From assembly GCA_053919585.1 (NCBI GenBank), contig JBSSHM010000304.1: a DNA stretch of 59,935 nt, one strand, 5' to 3'. Position numbers and translations under genes: made by a program. The notes below the pieces were generated by a model, which searched no databases, was not told the origin of the DNA, and was given only the letters and a program-made list of their open reading frames with translations. The number at the start of each line of letters is the position of its first letter. Position 1 is the first letter of the stretch. The stretch comes from Euprymna scolopes (Eukaryota). Positions 53,505 through 59,935 of this stretch are shown in pieces.

Positions 53505-53515
53505 ATAAAAGAATC

Positions 53516-53836
53516 ATGGCAAAAATTATCTATCAAAAAAATTCCGGTGAGCAAACGGAAGTGGAGATTTCTAACGGTCAAACCATTATGGAAGGAGCAG
53601 TTTATAATGGTATTAGTGAAATTCTTGCAGAATGTGGTGGGTCGTGTGCGTGTGCCACTTGTCATATTTATATTGAAGAGAGTTTTATTGATAAAGCTGG
53701 ACCATTAGGTGATTATGAAGATGATATGCTAGAAGAGACAGCCAGTACAAGAAAATCAAATAGTCGTCTCAGTTGTCAAGTTCGCGTGAATGATGATTTA
53801 GAGGGAATGATTGTTTATCTCCCAGAAAATCAATAA
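53516..53836 (+). CDS. 2Fe-2S ferredoxin, putidaredoxin/adrenodoxin type
   Basis: AECGGSCACATCHIY, SRLSCQ, LPENQ. Confidence 0.9.
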   Translation: MAKIIYQKNSGEQTEVEISNGQTIMEGAVYNGISEILAECGGSCACATCHIYIEESFIDKAGPLGDYEDDMLEETASTRKSNSRLSCQVRVNDDLEGMIVYLPENQ

Positions 53837-53912
53837 AAAGATCTTATTTTAAGGTGTTTCATTGCCTTATACGACTCTCTTATTTTCTAAACATTCTATT
53901 TAAACGTTTAGC

Positions 53913-54893
53913 ATGAAGAAATCCATGTCAGTATTAGCAATGATGTTGCTAATACTTCTTTCTGCTTGTTCCAATGAAGAGCAAGAGCAGATATTACACG
54001 GTCAAACAATGGGAACAACATGGTTAGTAAAATATATTGGCTCCCCGTCAATACAGCAACAGGTTATTCAACGCCATCTTGATCAGTTTAATCAAACTAT
54101 GTCGACCTATATCGAAAATTCTGAGTTATCTCAGGTTAATCGTGCTCCAGTTAGACAATGGTTAGTGATATCAGATAAACTTGCTAAAATTATTCAACTT
54201 TCCTTAGAGATCAGTAAGAATACCGAAGGAGCTTTTGATATAACGGTAGGCAAGGCGGTGAATTACTGGGGATTTGGTGCAGGGCAAGAAAACATAGAGC
54301 CGACTAAACAAGAAATTGGTTATCAGTATATACGTTTAGACGGCAATCGACTGTATAAAGAAAAAAATATCTATTTAGATTTATCAGCTATAGCAAAAGG
54401 ATATGCGGTAGATGAAACTGCCAAATTATTAGAAAATGCACAAATTAACCGCTATCTTGTAGAAATCGGTGGAGAAATTGTGGCAAAAGGAAAAAATAAA
54501 AAGCAACAGTTTTGGACCATAGCCATTGAGAAACCTGATCCAATGCAACGTATGATTATGCAAACGATTGAATTAACAAACCAAGCCATTGCCTCATCAG
54601 GTTCCTATCGAAATTTTAAACAAAAAAATGGTAAGATTATCAGCCACACTATTGACCCGAAAACAGCTAAACCGATCAAACATAACGTTATTGCCAGTAG
54701 CGTCATCGCCAATTCTGCCGCTGTGGCAGATGCTTATGCCACGGCGTTTATGGTTCTGCCTGTTTCTGCAAGTATCAGTATCAGTGATAAACAGAATTTT
54801 TCTACCCTTATTGTGACAGGGAAAATGGGTGATAATAGTACATTTAAAAAATATTATTCAACCCATTTTGAGCAGAAATATGTATCAAAATAA
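53913..54893 (+). CDS. apbE: FAD:protein FMN transferase lipoprotein
   Basis: Lipobox LSAC, GQTMGTT, DLSAIAKGYAVD, VEIGGE, ADAYATA. Confidence 0.93.
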   Translation: MKKSMSVLAMMLLILLSACSNEEQEQILHGQTMGTTWLVKYIGSPSIQQQVIQRHLDQFNQTMSTYIENSELSQVNRAPVRQWLVISDKLAKIIQLSLEISKNTEGAFDITVGKAVNYWGFGAGQENIEPTKQEIGYQYIRLDGNRLYKEKNIYLDLSAIAKGYAVDETAKLLENAQINRYLVEIGGEIVAKGKNKKQQFWTIAIEKPDPMQRMIMQTIELTNQAIASSGSYRNFKQKNGKIISHTIDPKTAKPIKHNVIASSVIANSAAVADAYATAFMVLPVSASISISDKQNFSTLIVTGKMGDNSTFKKYYSTHFEQKYVSK

Positions 54894-54988
54894 AAGATGC
54901 ATATGGTTTTAACAAACGTTAAAATAAGTGAAGATTTATTGAATGAATTTTCTGTGATGTATCACTTCCCCATTTAGAATTTAAGGCA

Positions 54989-56035
54989 ATGGTGTTAGTA
55001 AAAACTCAACAAGATCTTAGAGGAAAATTAGCCCAGCAGTGGCTAGATTCTTTAAATTGTAATTATCAATTGCATTCACCTATTGCCGATGCAAGCTTTC
55101 GTCGTTATTGGCAATTAGCAATTGATGATTGTATTTATGATAAAGTTTTATTAATGGACTGTCCTCCTGAGCAAGAAAATCTTTCACTTTTTATCGAGAC
55201 AAGAAAAATTTTTGCAAAAAATCTATTATGGAGAGTACCAAAGATTTTTCAGCAAGATAACGAACAGGGTTTCGCTTTAATTGAAAATTTTGGTGATCAG
55301 CTATTTACTAAAGCTTATCAACAAGACACATCTCAAGTAACAAGCTATATAGCATTTGCGTTGAATGCTTTGATTGGCTTACAACAACAGGGAGTGAATG
55401 CACAATTAGAAAATTATGATGAGCAAAAACTACAAATAGAAATAGAAATTTTTGCTCCATGGTTTGTTAATAAATTATGTGATTACGCCTTAAGTATAAA
55501 AGAGCAAGATATACTGATTCAGTGCCAACAACGGCTGATTAGTAATATGCTTAATCAATCACAAACAATTATTCATCGAGACTATCATTCTCGGAATCTT
55601 TTATTAATTCTAGAGGAGGAGCATCAACAATTAGGCGTAATAGATTTCCAAGGTGCATTCAATGGGGCGATTACCTATGATGCCGTTTCACTGATTAAGG
55701 ATTGTTATTGGAAATTGTCTGAGAAACAACAATATGAACTACTAAAAAATTATTGGCAAAACCTGTGCAAAAAAGTGGATAAAACACCTAATTGGCAAGA
55801 CTTTCAACGAGATTTTCATTACAGTGGAATTCAGAGACATCTCAAAGTTTTAGGTATATTTTCTCGCCTTGCCCTAGACCATGATAAACATCATTATCTT
55901 AAGGATATTCCTCTAGTATTATGGCATTTAACAACAGCTCTAGCACAGTATCCAGAATTTTCAGATCTACATAGGCTGATCAAAAAATTAATTCTACGCC
56001 TAGAAAACCAGCAAATAAAATGGGTTGATGTATAA
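54989..56035 (+). CDS. amgK: APH-family phosphotransferase, AmgK-like anomeric MurNAc/GlcNAc kinase
   Basis: DASFRRY, LMDCPP, HRDYHSRNL, IDFQG, QRHLKVLGIFSRL. Confidence 0.8.
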   Translation: MVLVKTQQDLRGKLAQQWLDSLNCNYQLHSPIADASFRRYWQLAIDDCIYDKVLLMDCPPEQENLSLFIETRKIFAKNLLWRVPKIFQQDNEQGFALIENFGDQLFTKAYQQDTSQVTSYIAFALNALIGLQQQGVNAQLENYDEQKLQIEIEIFAPWFVNKLCDYALSIKEQDILIQCQQRLISNMLNQSQTIIHRDYHSRNLLLILEEEHQQLGVIDFQGAFNGAITYDAVSLIKDCYWKLSEKQQYELLKNYWQNLCKKVDKTPNWQDFQRDFHYSGIQRHLKVLGIFSRLALDHDKHHYLKDIPLVLWHLTTALAQYPEFSDLHRLIKKLILRLENQQIKWVDV

Positions 56036-56717
56036 GGTAAATGACTAACGCATGTCTTCCCATAAATATTAAGCTAATAATACATTTATTTTGACTGCTT
56101 TGCAGAGATTTTTCTAGTTTACTTGGACGCATATCATGAAAGCGATGATAAGAAAAATACATGCCAATTAGCACCACTCCAAACCAAGGAAAAAATGGTA
56201 TTAAATCTTGTGTATATTTTGGCAAATGGAAGATAGGTTGAACAACTTGATAAAGCCAACTCATGGTTAGATAACCTTGTGCGGAACCAATTAAGATTAG
56301 TATGCCAAGAATCAAAGCACTATTTGGAAAACGGCGAAAAGCCAGCCCAAGTAAACTGGCAATGAGAATAAAGTGAATGACGCCAAAATAAATCCATGAA
56401 TTTGGAAACTGAAAAAAGGTCACAATAGAAATTAGAATACTGGCGGCACCTAACATAGTTACTCGCTTAATAATAGAATCTATGGAAATTTTTTTATCAT
56501 GTTGCAAGTTTATACTTATTCCCACTGTAAATATAAATAATGATACGATGATATAGCGAAAAATTATCCACTCAAGCTCCTGATTTTGATTAATATTCCA
56601 ATAACCAAAATAACCGTAATCATAGAAGAAATGATAAATAATCATCAACAGTACGGCAAAGCCACGTAACAAATCAATGCTATAAAATCGTTTAGTTTGT
56701 GAAGCTTCTGTCATCAA
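55980..56717 (-). CDS. DUF1624 / heparan-alpha-glucosaminide N-acetyltransferase-like membrane protein
   Basis: RFYSIDLLRGFAVLLMIIYHFFYD, IYFGVIHFI, PFFPWFG, GRHALVIYLIHQP. Confidence 0.85.
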   Translation of the reverse strand: MMTEASQTKRFYSIDLLRGFAVLLMIIYHFFYDYGYFGYWNINQNQELEWIIFRYIIVSLFIFTVGISINLQHDKKISIDSIIKRVTMLGAASILISIVTFFQFPNSWIYFGVIHFILIASLLGLAFRRFPNSALILGILILIGSAQGYLTMSWLYQVVQPIFHLPKYTQDLIPFFPWFGVVLIGMYFSYHRFHDMRPSKLEKSLQSSQNKCIISLIFMGRHALVIYLIHQPILFAGFLGVELIF

Positions 56718-56779
56718 TAGATTATGTAAGATTTGAATTTATCTAAAAATAATTAGTCAATTTTTTGTACAACCTTTAA

Positions 56780-57099
56780 TCAAGGGACGATTTTATTAAT
56801 TATTTCGCCGATCTGCACGTTTCCTGATTGAATAACTTTAGCATTTACCCCTCTTAAATTCAATGCTTTAGCTCTATCAGAATTAACAAATATTGCGGTA
56901 TCTTTACCAAAACGTTGGACAAATTTTTTACAACCAAGGTGTGGCTCGTCAGTCACTTCAATGATTGCAGTGCCAAGTTGTAGCTGAGTTCATTCACCTC
57001 AGTTCTTTGGACAATCAATTCTAGCACGCCTTTATGCTTAGGAGATTGCTCGATTATAGGCAATTCTGCTTCTAAGGATTTTTTGCTTAAATGCATCAT
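56780..57099 (-). pseudogene. MOSC-domain protein remnant with internal deletion and frameshift (not in the ORF track)
   Basis: N-part MMHLSKKSLEAELPIIEQSPKHKGVLELIVQRTEVNE is joined out of frame to TQLQLGTAIIEVTDEPHLGCKKFVQRFG..LRGVNAKVIQSGNVQIGE..VP*. Confidence 0.7.
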
Positions 57100-57105
57100 G
57101 TTGGT

Positions 57106-57915
57106 TTATTTTTGCATATGAACATCCATTTGTGGATACGGTATAGTGATATTTTCTTGATTAAAGGTGTTGTAAATGTTTTTATTCATATCAAAATATA
57201 CACCCCAATAATCTTCAGCTTTCACCCAAGCTCTTATCACAAAGTTAACAGAGCTATCTGCTAGCTCCGAAACCCCAATAAATACCTCAGGATCTTGTAA
57301 AATTCTTGAGTCATCATCACAGAGTTGTTTAATAATACGGCGAACTTTTTCTAAATCATCTCCATAACCGACACCGATTGTCCAATCCACTCTCCTTTTA
57401 GCTTCAGTAGAATAATTGGTCATTGCAGAGGTTGATAAGCCACCATTAGGAATAATAATGGTTTTATTATCTGCTGTTTTTAGAATGGTATTAAAAATTT
57501 GTATTTCAGATACAGAGCCAACATATCCTTGAGCGTCTATGACATCACCAACTTTAAAAGGTTTAAATAGCAATATCATTACACCGCCTGCAAAGTTTTG
57601 TAATGTCCCAGAAAGTGCCATACCAACTGCTAAACCAGCAGCACCAAGAATAGCAATAAAAGCTGTCATTTCAATGCCGACCATACCTAACACGCTAATA
57701 ATCAGCATGACCTTCAAGAGTATTTTCATCATGCTAATGAGAAAAGGCTTTAGAGAAGGGTCAGCCCCATTTTTTTGCATATTTTTATCGATGACTCCAA
57801 CAATAAGTTTAATCATCCAATTACCAATAATTAATACGGCAATTGCAGTAATTAATGTAGGAGCATAAGTGAATATAATGTCAGTTGCCTGATTTGAAAA
57901 TGTCTCGAAATTCAT
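57106..57915 (-). CDS. mscS: Small-conductance mechanosensitive channel
   Basis: GAAGLAVGMALSGTLQNFAGG, PFKVGD, IPYPQMDVH. Confidence 0.93.
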   Translation of the reverse strand: MNFETFSNQATDIIFTYAPTLITAIAVLIIGNWMIKLIVGVIDKNMQKNGADPSLKPFLISMMKILLKVMLIISVLGMVGIEMTAFIAILGAAGLAVGMALSGTLQNFAGGVMILLFKPFKVGDVIDAQGYVGSVSEIQIFNTILKTADNKTIIIPNGGLSTSAMTNYSTEAKRRVDWTIGVGYGDDLEKVRRIIKQLCDDDSRILQDPEVFIGVSELADSSVNFVIRAWVKAEDYWGVYFDMNKNIYNTFNQENITIPYPQMDVHMQK

Positions 57916-58466
57916 GGGGAATTTATTATCTATTATGTTTATTATGTTATAGGTTGTTTCTCTATTCTAACTGTTTTTTATGATATCAACTTTAACCTAT
58001 TAATTTTTAGGTGAAATAAATGTATTAATACGATATTTGGATGAAATTTAGGGTTAGTTATTCCTTGGCAAAGGCTTCCTATAGCATAGGGGCATGATTG
58101 TAAAAAGTAGAGAATATAACAAAAAGGGAGGAGAGAAAAAATTCAAATTAACGCCACTTTCTAAGCCCCTAAATTACAAAACTTTGATAATTTATCCTAG
58201 CGTGAGATATTATTAGAATTTTCTGTCTATAGTAGCTAATGAGATGTGGATTGTCTTACTCAGAAAGTCAAATTTATGAGTTAATTTTGTGTAGACAAGA
58301 ACAAATGTTGATGGATTAATTGATCAGATCAGCCAATTCTTTCTTGGTAAAACTTGTTAGGATACAATGGTTCGTAATTGTATATTTTTATCGTGAAGTT
58401 TTTAAACTAATTTCATCATCTTTGGTCGAAGTATTATTTAAATAGAGACAACTTAAAGGAAAAAAT

Positions 58467-59935
58467 ATAAGAATCAAGAAAATAAAGCTATTGATTCAAT
58501 TGATATAACTAGGTGTAATTTTATCAAGTCTCTTCCTGCTATTGGTGGGGCAGTTTCTATTTCGACCAACGCTCTTTTTTCCTTAAGTGCTTATGCTACT
58601 GATAAAAAGGTTAGCTATATTCCACATGCTTCTCATTACGGTCATTTTCTTGCCGTAGTTAAGCACGGTAGAATAATTGATGCATTGTCAGTAAAAGAGA
58701 TTGATGCAAAACCAACTATTATATTAACCAAGGGCATTGTTAGTAGAACCTATGATGCAACAAGGGTTAACTATCCAATGGTGAGAAAATCTTATCTAGA
58801 GACTATTGGAAAGACAGACCGCAAAACTAACTTGAGAGGTAAGGATTCATTTATTCGTGTTTTTTGGGATGTTGCACTTAATTTGGTTGCCGATCAAATT
58901 ATTACTATGGCTGAAAAGTACGGCAATCAGTCAATTTTCAATTCATCCTACGGTGGTTGGAGTCATGCAGGTGTAATGAGCTATTATCTTTTAGTTAATG
59001 ACAAGCATGATAAAAAATACACAGTAGGGTTTGATGAGTTTGCAAATCATTTAAGGGGCAAACCCCGTTACAACTTTCTGCCCAGCATCGCGCATCAATG
59101 AAATGTTATTAAACCCTAATAAAGAGTTTACCAAGAACGGAGGAGTTCATAAATTCCCAGATATAAGAATGATCTATAATGCAGGGGTAAATTTTATGAG
59201 CCATCAGCAAAATACCAATGAACTGATAGAGGGTTTAAATAGATGCCATACTGTTGTGAATCAAGACCCATGGTGGACAGCATCATCACGATTTGCAGAT
59301 ATTGTTTTACCAGCCAGTACGACACTTGAGAGAAATGATATTACCTCAGGTGGAACATATAGCAATAATAAAGTTTATGCCATGAGACAAGTTATTGAAC
59401 CTGTTGGAGAAAGTCTTTCTGATTATAAGATTTTTACTAAGCTTGCAGAGAAGTTTAATCGCAGCTATCAGTTTACTGAAGGCAAGTCAATCATGGATAT
59501 TGTTAAAGTATCCTATGCAAAGACGACCGCAGCAAAATCTGTTCCTTTTGATAAATTTTGGGAAAAGTGCTATGTAAAATTTTCTACTCCAAAAGAGGCA
59601 TATAACTGGGTGCGTCATGGTGCCTTTAGAAAAGATCCTGAGAAAAACAAACTTCATACGGAGTCTGGAAAAATTGAAATGTATAGTCGGAAAATTGCTG
59701 ACATGAAATTGGAGAGTTGTCCACCCATGCCCACATTTTTAGAGCCTTTTGAATATTTAGGTAATGCTAAAAAAGGTCAGTTGCATGTTGTGAGTCCACA
59801 TCCTTATAATCGCTTGCATTCTCAAATGGCTAATGCGAAAATAGTTCGTGAAGTTGACAATATTAAGGGGCGCGAGTTTTTACTCATCAACACACAAGAT
59901 GCTAAGCAAAGAGGCATTAAGAATGGTGATTTAGT
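58467..59935 (+). pseudogene. Molybdopterin oxidoreductase (TorA/TorZ/BisC family) pseudogene, runs off the window
   Basis: AAGGA RBS but no ATG, Tat remnant TRCNFIK, HASHYG, RVNYPMVRKSYL, SYGGWSHAG, then abrupt jumps. A second frame from about 59082 is open to the edge with ADIVLPASTTLERND, SGKIEMYS and SPHPYNRLHSQ. Confidence 0.85.

Noticed and set aside
57916-58466. ncRNA or hidden gene in the 550-bp mscS/molybdoenzyme intergenic region
   Set aside because: AT-rich, with no convincing ORF, stable structure or recognisable motif by eye.

Overview
AT-rich gammaproteobacterial chromosome segment (taxon inferred from gene content). It is mostly housekeeping genes, but many normally conserved operons are broken up. 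From left to right it contains: (1) the 3' 10 kb of a giant surface protein (>3370 aa, open at the window edge) with about 20 Calx-beta-like repeats, Asp-rich TSP3-like Ca-binding repeats and a Cys-containing JDVT-CTERM-like membrane anchor; (2) a frameshifted tartronate semialdehyde reductase-like gene; (3) leuB-M23 peptidase-bactofilin-asd-bamE; (4) a partial type II secretion cluster gspCDEF; (5) birA-rluC, rpmE2, hemE-pepA-valS-SH3 protein and an rpmJ type B (ykgO) missed by the ORF track; (6) an AT-rich island around pyrF with three small tail-anchored ORFs, one an LRAT/NlpC-P60 enzyme; (7) mevalonate-pathway genes, S49 peptidase, mnmA, thiC-hslV; (8) surA-pdxA-rsmA-apaH, where the usual apaG slot holds a deletion-eroded restriction-modification pair plus an intact Panacea-Doc toxin-antitoxin cassette bracketed by a 43-bp duplication of the apaH start; (9) glcDEF, a Fic pseudogene, smr, surE-pcm, a ferredoxin, apbE, amgK, a DUF1624 protein, a MOSC pseudogene, mscS and a TorA/BisC-type molybdoenzyme pseudogene running off the right edge. 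No rRNA, tRNA, CRISPR array, transposase or integrase was seen. All calls come from motif recognition by eye; no database searches were run.
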